DNA of 64,000 nucleotides, taken from contig OZ024754.1 in the NCBI GenBank assembly GCA_964016885.1, positions 3,286,001-3,350,000 of the forward strand. The letters run 5' to 3'. The position numbers were made by a program, and so were the translations under genes. The notes beneath the pieces were generated by a model that saw only the letters and a list, made by a program, of their open reading frames with translations, was not told the DNA's origin and ran no database searches. Below are positions 31,054 to 45,144 of the stretch, piece by piece. Source of the DNA: Eledone cirrhosa. Its lineage: Eukaryota. Numbering within the stretch: position 1 is the first letter of the stretch; the number at the start of each line of letters is the position of its first letter.

Positions 31054-31406
31054 ACAAGGGTCAGCTGAAAAGTTCACAGGCTGACCAAGATACTCTCATA
31101 AAATGACCAAATGAAGTTTATTTTTCAACATAGTCTCTTGAAAGAAACAATTCAGTTATTAATAAGAAAATGCAGTAGAGGAAAACCCCAAAAAATCATG
31201 GGCAGAGGTGGTGAGAGCTGACCTCAGATCGCTGAAGCTCACAGAGGAGAGATGCTGTGCTGAATAAGTCCCGTCTCACCCTTGCAAGCAGGGAAAAGTG
31301 GACGTAAAATGAGGATGATGATGATGATGATGAATAAGAAGAGTTGAAATTAATGCATGCAAGATTTCACAGCTCTAGCATTACTCCTTCATAGTCGACC
31401 CTCGTA
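31054..31406. mobile_element. Mariner-like MITE interrupted by an RTE tail
   Basis: Ends ACAAGGGTCAGCTGA...GTCGACCCTCGTA. The RTE fragment at 31169-31332 is flanked by TSD AATAAGAA. Related copies at 35172-35455, 3665-3756 and 56245-56825. Confidence 0.65.
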
Positions 31407-32327
31407 TATACACAAATAAAACAATTTATTTTTTGCTGTTTTACTATAAAAAATGATGAAATATCTTTTATTTCCCATAATTATATATAGAATTAAACAA
31501 TTTATATTTTTTAAAAAGGGTTCGGTTTGAGGAGAAGACACTCATACACCAAAAGGGGTGATGGTGTTGTCCTTTATTAATTTTTTAGGTTAGCCAGGGT
31601 GGTGGTGAGACTAAGATGCTGGAATAAGCCAGCACCCTCATGGGTGTCACTTGATGTGTTGGTAAAATTAGCTGCCAATAATGTTTCTGATTTAGACACA
31701 ATGCCAGTCATTTTAGGGGAGGGGAAAGTCGATTAAATCGACCCCATAAGGATGAAAGGCAAAGCTAACCTCGGCGGGATTTGAACTCAGAACGTAAAGG
31801 GCCGTAACACTATGCTGCAAAGCTTGGCGTCCGAGCCTCTACTGATACTGCCAAATAATAATGATTTCTTATATAGGCACAAGGCCAGTAATTTGGGAGA
31901 GGGGGAAGTCGATTAAATCGACCCCAGTACATTACTGGTGCTTTATTTTATCACCCCCGTAAGGATGAAAGGCAAAGTTAAACTCGGCGGGATTCGAACT
32001 CAGAATGGCAAGGGCCGTAACTCTATGCGTCACCAAATAATAATAATAAGTCATAACTCTATGGCACGAAGCAGGGTGTCTGACGCTCTACCGATACTGT
32101 GAGCTGCCAATAACAAAATAAAAGTGTTTGCCGCAAATTCCTGGTATTTTCAAAACTATAAATAGATTGTGTTTTTGTTATATTTTTTAGTATGTGGTGC
32201 TTTTGTCTAGCATGGCAAAATGGACGTAAAACGGTGATATATAGATATAAACGCAATATATATATATATATATACATATATATACAATATATTAACAAAT
32301 GGAAACTATATTTATAAAATCATATTT

Positions 32328-32394
32328 ATTTCATTATACATATTTCAAGGGCCACCAAGGCAAACTATGGTGCGCTTTCATCAGCAGATAAAAT
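32328..32394 (-). ncRNA. Type I hammerhead, family C (3-nt duplication before the core)
   Basis: Minus strand ATTTTAT-ctg-CTGATGA-AAGCGCACCA...TGGTGGCCCTT-GAAA-TATGTAT-A-ATGAAAT. Flanks 32290-32455 match 60960-61107. Confidence 0.6.
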
Positions 32395-32734
32395 ATAATA
32401 TAGGTTAGTTGTATAAATAAATATTGACATACCCTGAAAAAATGCAACCATTGTTGAGTGCTTTATATCAGTTATAAAAATATTTTGCTTGTTGCATCCC
32501 AACAAATTAAATATAACCTCTACATATATATATATTTATTAAAATAACAGATTAAAGTTTAAGCAAAGAATCGCTGCTTTCACCCTTATATTTATCCTAT
32601 CGAGCCCTCTTTGGATTTTAGTCTTCAAATTTATTATTATTACTATATATATAAACGCAATATAAATATATATAAAAATGTGGGAGAAGACACGTGCACT
32701 TATTGAGTGATATACCACAACAAGGGGCGTTAGA

Positions 32735-32789
32735 ATTACCCAGCTCGAGCTGAGGATCTGCATAAGGTGAAACATTTGTCCTCGGTAAT
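32735..32789 (+). ncRNA. Type I hammerhead with bulged stem I
   Basis: ATTAC-ccagct-CGAG-CTGAGGA-TCTGCATAAGGT-GAAA-CATTTG-TC-CTCG-GTAAT. GUC site, cut after 32780. Stem II is weak. Confidence 0.65.
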
Positions 32790-34228
32790 GGTGAACTGTT
32801 GTGGAACTACTTCTACCAAACTCTACCACTGAGTGCTCTACTACTACGGATGTAACCCTCCAATGTTCTACTATTATATATATATATATATATAATAGTA
32901 GGTATATCTCTAACGAGATATACCTTGTGATTTAATGATAGGGACCCCAGTCCTATCATCTTATTTCTACAGCTGAGTAAACTGGAGCAACGTGGAATAA
33001 AGTGTCTTGCTCAAGGTCCGAGAATTGAACTCACAACCTTTCGATTGCAAGCCCAATGCTCTAACCACTAAGCCATGCGCCTTCACGTGTGTGTGACAGC
33101 TCTACATACTTACACACCTATCAAACTTCATTTGCAAACATTTCCTTTTTGAAAGTAAATTATTTATATAATAAATTTCATTTAAAGTAGAGACACTTCG
33201 ATAAATATCTTATTCGATGGTGTTAGATCACAACGTGGTTGGCGCCATTCACATTTTCCTTTGCAACTCTAAGACGCTCTTAGATATCACGATTGGATTT
33301 TCATTCCATCTGTAAAATATGTGTGTTTATATATATATATATATGTGTGTGTGTGAGAGTATATATATATATGTGTGTGTGTGCGTGTGAATATACACAT
33401 ATGTATGAGTGAATATATATATTATATATATATATATAGTGAAAAAGGAACGGGAACAAAACAGAGAGGCAGTACGAACATATATATATATGTGTGTGTG
33501 TGTGTATGAATATATATATATATATGTGTGTGTGTGTGTATATATATATATAAGCGTGTGTGTGTGTATATATATATATAAGTGTGTGAATATATATATA
33601 TATGTGTGTGTGTGAATATATATATATATAAGTGTGTGTGTGTGTATGAATATATACTCACACACATATGTGTACATACACACAGACACTCACGCATACA
33701 CATACATTATATATATATATATATATAAACATGGTATATATATAAAGTCTATATATCACATATACGCTATACTCCGAAGGCCTCACGAGAAAGCCCAATT
33801 TTTCATCTCCTCTTTAGCTCATGAAATAATTCTAAGGCAGTTCAATAAACACGCCTTTCTAAATGATTGATCTACAAGTTAATAATCTATTTGCTTACAA
33901 GTATCACCATTGCGCTGTAGCACTTACAAAACTCTTGACAGACTCAACGGTTTCTATTGATAACAAGATAACGAAATATATAATAATTGTTCTATCGATT
34001 GATCTCACTCACACATTCTCTCTCTTACTTTTGACACTGTCGACTGTGAAACTCTATTGGGTAGCCGCCATTGAAATATATATTCGTGTCTGAGTTTTCT
34101 GCTTTGAAATGGTTTTTCTCAATTTCTCGATGGAAGATCGCAGCATGTCAGTGCATGTCAGTACTGGAGATATATCATGTAAAGCTTGTTGAAGCATTGG
34201 TGACAATCTAACTACCTACAGACCTGGC

Positions 34229-34265
<37 letters not shown>

Positions 34266-34450
34266 CCCACTTTCGGGTGGATGAGAGATGTCTTGTCTTG
34301 TGAAAAATCGGTATAGATATCATTATGGAAAATCTCCCCATTTTGCCTCATTTCTCCCCGTTTTGGGGGTATTTTATTCATGGTACTCTCCGTTTGGGTC
34401 TTTAGAGGTTGGCAGGTCTTTACCTAGCTGCTTTTTGGTGTCTTGTATCT

Positions 34451-34495
<45 letters not shown>

Positions 34496-35891
34496 AATCC
34501 CGCCGAGGTCAACTTTGCCTTTCAACTTTTCTAAATTGATAAAAAAAAAAAAAAAGTACCAGTCTAATCCTGGGTCGATATTCTTTCTCTATACACCCTT
34601 CTCCCTTCCATTCTCTCACCCTCTCTATCCTTCTCTGAAAGACAACTGCTCTATTTCGACCTAGAGAGGAGATAGACTCCACTAGGATTTTATAAAATGC
34701 CCCAGAAGCGCCGTATGTCACTACGGCACCAAAACGCCTCCCCCAAAAGTTATGGAACTGTGTATATATGAATGCATCTGATATCTTGTCTCTGGTTCAA
34801 TGCGTTACTTATTGTGATAAAATTTGTCTTTTATCCTTTTATCACTTCGGAGCTGGATTTTGTAATTAATTTTTACTATTACACCCAATAGATTAAGTAC
34901 CAGTAATGCGCTGGAATAATTGCTGGCCTTGTGCCAAAAATAGAAACAATTATTACAACCGTCTCTGTCCAATTTGTGATGATTAGTTTATAAGAAAGAA
35001 TGTAGTTAAGGAACATAAAATAATGGTTTCTGATTTAGATACAAGGCCAACAATTTTGGGGGGAGGGGAAAGTCGATTAAATCGACTCCAGTGTGTTACT
35101 GGTACTTTATTTTATCGACCCTGCAGGGATGAAAGGCAAAGCTAACCTCGGCAAGATTTGAACTCATTATTATACAAAGGTCAACTGAAAAGTTCACGGG
35201 GTGACCAAGATACTCTCATGGAATGACCAAATGAGGTTTATTTTTCAACATAGTCCCTGGAAAGAAACAATGCCGTTATTAATAAGAAGAGCTGAAATTA
35301 ATGCATGCAAGATTTCACAGCTCTAGCATCACTCCTTCATAGTCAGCCAATGGCCAAGATACTCTCGTGGAATGAGTAAATGAGGTTTATTTTTCAACAT
35401 AGTCCCTGGAAAGATACAATGAAGTTATTAATAAGATTTGAAATTAATGCATGAAGACATCAATTCTAATGTGACGAACCTGTTATCTCTTCTCCCGTCA
35501 TATTTCGATTGGCTTACACATTTTTTTAACACGATATCTTACTTCTCATTTTTTTTCTTTTTCATTCATGGCTCTCGTGCTATAAGAGGTACCACACTTT
35601 TCCCTTGACGTCACGTAAAATTCTATCTGTACTTGTAGCTTAATTGCTATAAATTAATGATCTGTTTCTCGTCTCTTACTCTATTGGATAACGTTTGGAT
35701 TATGTCAGACGCTGTGACCCCAGGTGGACCAGCATAACGTTGGTAGGGGTCGAAACTGTTCAGATCCACATCAACGGCCAATGACCATGGTTTGTATTAT
35801 TATTTTTTTTAAATATTTTTTTAAGGTTTCCCCCCTAAAAAATTATTTTTCGTTCGTTGTCTTGTCCTCTCTTTGTTAAATTATCTTAAGT

Positions 35892-35922
<31 letters not shown>

Positions 35923-36200
35923 TCTTTTCGGGTTATAGTTACTGTCGCTCAGAGAGTGGGAAGACTCGGTGCACAGTCTTTCCTCACTTTAAAAAAAATT
36001 TCACGCAAGGCATTACACGATAGCTTAATTGATAATTAGTAATGTTATATCGTGCAATGGCAATACTCGATAACGAGGGGGCAGCCATCAAGTATGTATG
36101 TATTTTATATATATATATATATATATAAATCAGCCCTCACTCATGAAAACAAGCGGTAAACTAATATATTTCTCCAATATGCTTTGTTATTTCTGTTAAC

Positions 36201-36246
<46 letters not shown>

Positions 36247-36519
36247 AACATACGCGCGCGCACACATATAAACATACGCGCGCACACACATACACACACG
36301 TATATATATATATATTGCTTCATTGAATAGAGATTATGAAAGAGGGGAAATGGTGGAGGTGTGAGGAGGGAGAGGAGCAGATTATAGTATAGTAATGGGT
36401 TTAGTAGTAGTAGTAGGAGGAGGAATAAAGATAAGATAGAGGGGAAGGTGGGATGGGGAGGAGTTTGAAAGGGGTGAGGGGCAGATGAAAAAAGATGACG
36501 AGAAGATAAAAAAACGTAA

Positions 36520-36950
36520 ATGATGACGACGATGATGATGATAGTAGTAGTGATGGTGGTGGTGGTAGTGATGGTGATGGTGGTGGTAGTGGTGGTGATG
36601 GTGATGGTGATGGTGGTAGTGATGATGATGGTGGTGGTAGTGATGATGGTGATGGTGATAGTGGTAGTGATGATGATGGTGGTGGTGGTAGTGATGGTGG
36701 TGGTGATGATGGTGATGGTGATAGTGGTAGTGATGATGATGGTGGTGGTGGTAGTGATGGTGGTGGTGATGATGATGGTGGTGATAGTGGTAGTGATGAT
36801 GATGATGGTGATAGTGGTAGTGATGATGAGGGTGACGGTGCTGCTGATGGTAGTGGTGATATTAGTGATGATGATGATGATGATGTTGGATATGATGATG
36901 ATAGTGGTGATGATAGTGATGACATTAATGATGATGATGATGATGATGTA
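36520..36950. repeat. (GAT/GGT/GTA)n trinucleotide tract
   Basis: Direct reading. Similar tracts at 20978-21181, 48440-48840 and 49070-49800. Confidence 0.9.
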
Positions 36951-36992
36951 AGTGTAGTAAAGAAAACTCGAGACTGCACGTAATAGTTTCTG

Positions 36993-37023
<31 letters not shown>

Positions 37024-37186
37024 TGTTTGTGTGCGTGCCTGTGTGTGTGTATGTGTGGGTGTGTGTGTGTGTGTGTGTATATAGATACAGGGTGTCCCAA
37101 AAATGTATACACACGTCAACAGCATTCTAATAAAAGTGTGTATACATTTTTTGGGGGGGAGGGGGGGACACCCTATGCTGCCAACA

Positions 37187-37241
<55 letters not shown>

Positions 37242-37914
37242 GTTTCTACTTTTGGCACAAGGCCAGCAATTACCTGAGTACATTACTGGAAAACATGGCG
37301 CCCGATCCTCTACCGATACTGCCAATTCAATAATAATAATAATAATAATAATAAATATATTTTTTAAATATATTGAAAATATAATGAAATATCTTTTTTT
37401 TTTAGGTTTTTATTTTTGTTTAAATTTCGTTTTTGTTTTTTTATATTCATTTTGTTAATAATTTTTTCAAATTTTTGTGGGTTTTTTTTTTAATTAAAAA
37501 AAAATGTTCTAATCTTTTATTTTTTTTGTATATTCTTCATTCTTATTAATTTTATTTTATTATTATATATTTTTTACCGAATACTTGCCCGGATGTTGCA
37601 TTATGTTCTACAGAAGCAGGTGCAAATTTTATGGCAAACCTTTTGCTTCCTTCTTTACATTTGGTGTTAGAAATGGTAGCTGTGATGAGATATAGTATTG
37701 TAGTAGTATTATCTCATAGAAAAAGGTGGTGGTGGTGGTGGGTGGTGGTGACGGTGACGGTGGAGGAGGGGGGGGGGGGGTGCAACAACAACAATAAGAA
37801 AACAGAAAAAAAAGGTAGAAGGAATATATCTGGTTTTTTTTTTTTGCTCTATTACTTGCTGCCTTTGAAATTATTTCTGTACTCATATTTATTGAATTTA
37901 TCTTGGTTTTCTCT

Positions 37915-38510
37915 GTTGGCTGGTTGGTTGGTTGGTGTGTTGGTTGGTTGGTGTGTTGGTTGGAGTGTTGGTTGGTTGGTTGGTGTGTTGGTTGGTGTGT
38001 TGGTTGGTTGGTGTGTTGGTTGGTTGGTTGATGTGCTGGTTGGTGTGTTGGTTGGTTGGTGTGTTGGTTGGTTTGTTGGTTGGTGTGTTGGTTGGTTGTT
38101 GGTTGGTGTGCTGGTTGGTTGGTTGGTTGGTGTGCTGGTTGGGGTGTTGGTTGGATGGTTGGTTGTTTGGTGGGTTGGTTGGTTGGTTGGTGTGTTGGTT
38201 GGTTGGTGTGCTGGTTGGTTGGTTGGTTGGTGTGCTGGTTGGGGTGTTGGTTGGATGGTTGGTTGTTTAGTGGGTTGGTTTGTTGGTTGGTGTGTTGGTT
38301 GGTTGGTGGGTTGGTGGGTTGGTTGGTTGATTGGTTGGTGTGCTGGTTGGGGTGTTGGTTGGATGGTTGGTTGTTTGGTGGGTTGGTTGGTTGGTTGGTG
38401 TGTTGGTTGGTTGGTTGGTGTGTTGGTTGGTGTGTTGGTTGGTTCGTGTGTTGGTTGGTGTGTTGGTTGGTTGGTGTGTTGGTTGGCTGGTTGTTTGGTT
38501 GGTGTGTTTG
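37915..38510. repeat. (TTGG)n tetranucleotide tract
   Basis: Direct reading. Confidence 0.92.
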
Positions 38511-38820
38511 TTACATTAAAATGAGAAAGAGGAGTGAGAGAGAAAGGGTGAAAAGAGAGAGAGGGATGGGAGAGAAATGGTGAGAGGGATGAAGTAAAGA
38601 GACACAGAGAGTGAGAGAGAGAATGTAAGAGAGAGAGAGGGGGAGATGAGGAGAGAGAACGAGAAAGAAAGAGAGAGAGAGATGGGGAACCATTACTCTA
38701 TTTTATCTGTTCGTTTAACATATTTCAATTTCTAATATGAAAAGTTATCCATGAAGTTAAGATATGGAAGAAAATATCTGACAAAGAAATACATGTTAAA
38801 AATCTTTCAAGAACTATATA

Positions 38821-38854
<34 letters not shown>

Positions 38855-38867
38855 CATATAGACACAC

Positions 38868-38934
<67 letters not shown>

Positions 38935-39797
38935 GAGATCTGCCGTCGGGGTCTAACATTTTCCTATTACCCACTCTACTACCCTAAGTATTGAGTACTC
39001 TGGTGCGTTATGGTCCATCTGGTTCCTTACCACAACTCCTTCGTTATATATAACGGTGGATTGGCAGTATCGGTAGAGGGTCGGACGCCATGCTTTGACC
39101 CATTCTGAGTTCAAATCCCGCCGAGGTTCACTTTGCCTTTCATCCTTACGGGGTCGATAAAATAAAGTACCAGTAATACACTGGGTAATTGCTGGCCTTG
39201 TGCGAAAAGTAGAAACAATTATATATATATATATATATATATTTGTTGGCAGCATAGGGTGTCCCCCCCAAAAAATGTAGACACACTTTTATTAGAATGC
39301 TGTTGACGTGTGTATACATTTTTGGGACACCCTGTATCTATACACACACACACACACACACACACACATACCCCCCCCCCCCCCCCACACACACATATAT
39401 ATTATTTTTTTTATTTTATTGACTTCGGAAAAACGACAGGCAAAGTTGACCTCTGTGGGGTCTGAACTCAAAATTTAAAAAGCCGGAACAAATACTACGA
39501 GGTATTTGTGTAGCCAGTTCACCGCCCGAATTTATAGATGCTATTGTTTCTTCAAACAACATTCATTTCATTTCTAGTTGAAAATTATTTTAAAGGGATA
39601 TAACTCATTTGACATTAAATTTAGAATTATCTCCCATGTAATTTTCACAATTTCCACATAACATAAGCAGGTGGAAACTCGCGGCGTAGCAGGCTGATAA
39701 CGGGAGAATCTTCAGCATAAGAATTCCCTTCATACCAGTCACGTATGGAGGTCGATGTAAATAAAATGTCATTAAAAATATCTATTATTATTATGTA

Positions 39798-40462
39798 TGG
39801 TGGTGAATTGGCAGTATCGGTAGAGGGTTGGACGCCATGCTTTCTAGCATAGTTACGTCCCTTTACAGTCTGAGTTCAAATCCCGCCGAGGTTGACTTTG
39901 CCTTTCATCCTTACGGGGTCGATAAAATAAAGTACCAGTAATGTACTGGGGTAATTGCTGGCCTTGTGCCTAAAGTAGAAACAATTATTGTGTAAGGCGG
40001 TGGCTTGGCAGTAACGGTAGAAGGTCAGACACCATGGTTTGTATCATAGAGTTACGGCCCTTTACGGTCTGAGTTTAAATTCTGCCGAGGTTAACTTTGC
40101 CTTTCATCCTCACGGGGGTCGGTAAAATAAAGTACCAGTAATGCACTGGGATAATTGCTGGCCTTGTGCACAAAATAGAAACAATTGTTATGTAGAGCAT
40201 TGGACACCATGTTTCGTGGCATAGAGGATAGTGTTGCCTTTAAACCTTACAGGGTCGATAAATAAAGAATCAGTAATGCACTGGGGTCGATTTAATCGAC
40301 TTTCAGATTGCTGGCCTTGTGCCTAAATTAGAAACCATTATTAGAGAAGTTCAAATCCCGCCGAGGTTCACTTTGCCTTTCATCCTTACGGGGTCGATAA
40401 AATAAAGTACCAGTAATGCACTGGGTATTTGCTGGCCTTGTGCCTAAAGTAGAAACAATTAT
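39798..40462 (+). mobile_element. Head-to-tail cluster of four Meta-like SINE copies
   Basis: Repeated SINE core and GCTGGCCTTGTGC...AGAAACAATTATT tail. Confidence 0.8.
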
Positions 40463-40825
40463 TAGAGAAGTTACGGAGAAACTAATTTAGACTTGATCTG
40501 TATTTATGCGACGGTTTCTTTACCAAATTTTGAGACTTACCGGTGTCTGTAAAGATCATGGGACGCTACTCCTTCTCTCATAACAAATGCATATTAAAAA
40601 CCATAACAAACACATATTAGCCATAACAAACATATTAACCATAACGAACACATATTTAGCCATAATAAATACATATTAGCCATAGCAAACACATATTAAA
40701 GCCATAACAAACACGTATTAAGCCATAACAAATACATATTAAACCACATATATATGTGGCTTATATATGTACACACACACATATATATGTATATTATACA
40801 CATGCATACGCAGTGCCTTTGTCAC

Positions 40826-40861
<36 letters not shown>

Positions 40862-40865
<4 letters not shown>

Positions 40866-41050
40866 CGAAGGAAATGTGGTAAGGAACCAGATGGACCATA
40901 ACGCACCAAAGTACTCAATACTTAGGGTAGTAGAGTGGTAATAGGAACGAGTAAGACCCCGACGGCTGAGCTCAAGCCGTTTCGACGGCTAATTCTGGAC
41001 GAATTAGCCGCCGAAACGGCTTGAGCTCAGCCGTCGGGGTCTTACTCGTT

Positions 41051-41055
<5 letters not shown>
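40862..41055 (-). mobile_element. Family F fold-back element with truncated hammerhead
   Basis: 55-bp arms at 40941-40995 and 41001-41055, carrying GAAA-CGGCT TGAGCTC AGCCG-TC-GGGGTC but no CTGANGA. Related copies at 38935-39050, 41115-41218 and 63721-63860. Confidence 0.65.
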
Positions 41056-41108
<53 letters not shown>

Positions 41109-41215
41109 CACGTCAGATAGGGTGTGGTAAGATACCAGGTGGACCATAACGCACCAGAGTACTTGATACTTGGGGTAGTAGAGTGGGTAATAGGAAAAGA
41201 CCCCTGAGTCTTTTC

Positions 41216-41244
<29 letters not shown>

Positions 41245-41246
<2 letters not shown>

Positions 41247-41404
41247 GCTTTCCTGATGATTTCCTTCGAATGAAACAGTTTTAGTCCTGTAGAAGCCATA
41301 TATATATTATATATATATTATATTATATATTATATATATATATATTATATTATATATATATTATATATATACATTTATATATATACATTTATATATTATA
41401 TATA

Positions 41405-41439
<35 letters not shown>

Positions 41440-41501
41440 GTTTTCCTGATGATTTCCTTCGAGTGAAACAGTTCTAGTCCTGTAGAAGCCATTTCTATAT
41501 T
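41245..41501 (+). ncRNA. Two tandem family A hammerhead motifs (41245-41298, 41438-41491)
   Basis: Both read TGG(C/T)TTTC-CTGATGA-TTTCCTTCGA(A/G)T-GAAA-CAG..CTG-TA-GAAGCCA. They are 193 bp apart and embedded in (TG)n/(TA)n. Confidence 0.65.
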
Positions 41502-42326
41502 ATATATATATGTGTGTGTTTATGTGTGTGTGTGTGTGTGTGTGTATATGTAAACATAAGAATATATGTAAGTATATAGGTATAAGATAAAGATCGGTGT
41601 GGTAATAGTAACAGTGAATATAACGGTGTAAGCCAATAACTAGTGCCTTTGTCTCTCTCTTCCGAAACCTCGGATATCTCACCCACACAACACCCACATT
41701 TGAAATATTGATTAAAATATACTCATGCGCCTACATGCCTGCACACACACACAGACATACACATGCACAAACACACACATGCACGCACACACATATACAG
41801 ACACCTGCATACATACACACACACACACGCGCGCTCATACACACATATACATGCACATACATGCATGCAGGCATATATACGCACGCATTCTCTCCCACAC
41901 ATACTTACCATATATACGGTTATATACCTACATACCACAATACTCTTACCAAGGCTTACCTGTCATTAATGACTTCCATACGTCCAGGTAAATATATACA
42001 TATACACATTTACTATTGTCACACTGAAGTACAGACGTGGAGAGGTGAGATACATGCATATACACACATACATACATACATACATACATACATACATACA
42101 TACATACATACATAAATATAGATACTTATATATACATACATATACATACACATACATACACATACATACACATACATACACATACATACATATACTTACA
42201 CATATTTATACGTGTGTGTGTGTGACATAACAAAAAGGTGTAAAAGGTAAACAGAAATAATAACACAATCAGTACAGTATATGGAAGGAATATATTAGGT
42301 TAACGTTTGAAATAGCAGGAAGAGGG

Positions 42327-42362
42327 TCTTAACGTTTCGGACGCTAGTCCTTCATCAGAAGA
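42327..42362 (-). ncRNA. Minimal type I hammerhead motif, family B
   Basis: Minus strand TCTT-CTGATGA-A-GGAC TAGC GTCC-GAAA-CG-TT-AAGA, with an extra A after A9 and palindromic ACGT stem III. Related copies at 23520-23555 (degraded) and about 50990-51035 (truncated). Confidence 0.6.
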
Positions 42363-42473
42363 AAGAATGAGAAATAAGATAGATTAAAGGGACGGATAGA
42401 CTCCCGATATAAATTTGGAGGTGACTGCAGTTAAAACTATTCGATAAGTTATTGAATTCACAACGTTTTTATC

Positions 42474-42526
42474 TGTCGAATACACGCGTTTCGCTGTAGA
42501 AGTTTCCGCAGCTCGTCAGTCCGACA
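42474..42526 (-). ncRNA. Type I hammerhead ribozyme with canonical core
   Basis: Minus strand TGTCGGA-CTGACGA-GCTGCGGAA AC TTCTACAGC-GAAA-CGCGTG-TA-TTCGACA. 7-bp stem I, paired stem II, self-complementary stem III ACGCGTGT, GUA site. Confidence 0.8.
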
Positions 42527-42758
42527 TTTGAAGGTTGCCGGACTGACGAAACGTACTTATACGACCGAAGAATATGTGAATTTAACATAATTCTTATATC
42601 TATCTTCCGGCTGTTATTAGATTTATTTTTGTTTGTTATTTTGTTCTTGTCCAAAGATAGATACTTTGGTAAATATAGATGAACAGATAGCTATAGATAG
42701 ACATGTAGGTAAGAGAGACTGTTCGGTAGGTAGAGGGAAATGTTTCCAAAGAGATAGA

Positions 42759-42800
<42 letters not shown>

Positions 42801-42888
42801 ATAAGATAGCTAGGTAGATTGATAAATATACAAAGAGATAGATCGACAGACAGACACACAGCTAGACTGACCACCTTGTCAAAATTGT

Positions 42889-42944
<56 letters not shown>

Positions 42945-43064
42945 ATCTGTATATATATTTGTGTGTGTGTGTGTTGAAAAGGCTTGCTTAACACATAGGC
43001 TGAAACCGCTTGTCTCTCTCTCTTTCTCTCGTTCTCTCTCTCTATATATATATATCTATATATA

Positions 43065-43137
<73 letters not shown>

Positions 43138-43566
43138 CCATATACCTCCTATTTTTCAGACATTCATTAAAAAAATTTTATTTTTTACAATTCTTGTCAT
43201 CCTTTCCAAATTATTTTTTACATTTCTGGTAAATGTTGGAACATTACCATTCTACACCACTACCATATATACTACTATATATATATATATATATACATAT
43301 GTCTGTATATATGTAAGTATGTATATATATATTTATGTATATATTTATATATATATTATATGTATATATATATATATATAATGTCTGTATGTATGTACAT
43401 ATGTATATATATTTATATACATACAGACATATATATATATATATATATATATGTCTGTATGTATGTATATATATATATATATATATATGTCTGTATGTAT
43501 GTATATATATTTATATATATATTATATGTCTGTATGTATATATGTATATATATTTATATACATACA

Positions 43567-43634
<68 letters not shown>

Positions 43635-43734
43635 AAATTGAGGTTGGTAATGGCACATGGAATATATATATTCCATGTGCCATTACCAACCTCAATTTTC
43701 TCTATAACCTTCGTTTTGTGTAGAAAATTACACT

Positions 43735-43769
<35 letters not shown>

Positions 43770-43929
43770 GTATGTATGTATATATATTTATATATATTAT
43801 ATGTATGTATGTATATATATTTATATATATTATATGTATGTATGTATATATATTTATATATATTATATGTATGTATGTATATATATTTATATGTATGTAT
43901 GTATATATATTTATATATATTATATGTAT

Positions 43930-43961
<32 letters not shown>

Positions 43962-45059
43962 GTACGTATTCTTTCGTTGCCACCTCCGCAACGCTAGTGG
44001 GCCGCCATGTTTGTGCAGTTGTAGAGTTGAAGACAGCACTCAGGGTTCAATGACAGCAGTAGAGTTGGTTACATACCTTCTTCTTATCATTTAGAAGAGT
44101 TGAAAGCCTTTCCCTCTAATTTGCATACCGATCGTCTGCTTAAAAACAGCAGCAGTTCTTATTATTGTAAAAATATTTCTTTCTCACAAACATCACCTCC
44201 CCCTCCCTCACAGACTTCTGCTGCCCTTCACACATTCACTTCCTCTACCTCTTCCTCACGTTTTCATCACCGTCCTCTTCCTTCTCCTCCTCCTCCTCCT
44301 CAGAATAACCCCCCCCCCCTGCTCGTCATCATCATCATCATTATCTTCATGATTACAATGAACAACATTTTTGCTTTTTCTTGTCCCCCCCCTCCCTCTC
44401 TCTCGTTTTTGATTCCTCCTCCCCTGCCTCCTCCTCCTCTTACCTCGTACCTCTTTGTCCACCTCCACCGCTGCCTCCTCCTCTTACTCATCCTCTACCC
44501 TCATACCCCCACCACCTTGTCCACCTCCTACCTCCACCAGTTTGTCCACCACCACCACCACCACCACCTCCTCATCCTCCTACCCTCACCCCCCCCTTGT
44601 CCACCTCTCCGTTCTCTTACTCCACGTCGTTCTCGTTCCTTCAACTCTACCTTCTCCTCACAGTCACCCTACCTCCATTCCTCCACCCTCTCTCTCTATC
44701 CTCCCCCTCTATCTGTCCTCCCTCTCTCTCTCACTATCCCTCCCCATCCTCTCTCTCTCACTATCCCTCCTCTCTCTCTCACTATCCCTCCTCACCCTCT
44801 CTCTCTCACTATCCCTCTCCACCCTCTCTCTTTCACTATCCCCTCTCTCTCACTATCCTTCTCTCTCACTATCCCTCTCCTCCACCCCCTCTCTCACTAT
44901 CTCCTCACTACCCCCCCCCCCTTCTATATGCTATGCTATTGTCAAGTAAGCAGGAATATACCGCCATGTCGACTCAACCAACCGGTTTCAACTCTTCACC
45001 AAAGTAATTTCAGAGCAGCACGAATGTCACTAAATCTCTCTCTCTTTCTCTCTCTCTCT

Positions 45060-45144
<85 letters not shown>

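Noticed and set aside
36204-38583. Poly-T/I/M/V and W/L/V/G-rich ORFs
   Set aside because: Tri- and tetranucleotide repeats with no splice or domain support.
44070-44140. Possible minus-strand exon with AAG|GTATGT donor
   Set aside because: Stops in all three frames and no partner exon found.
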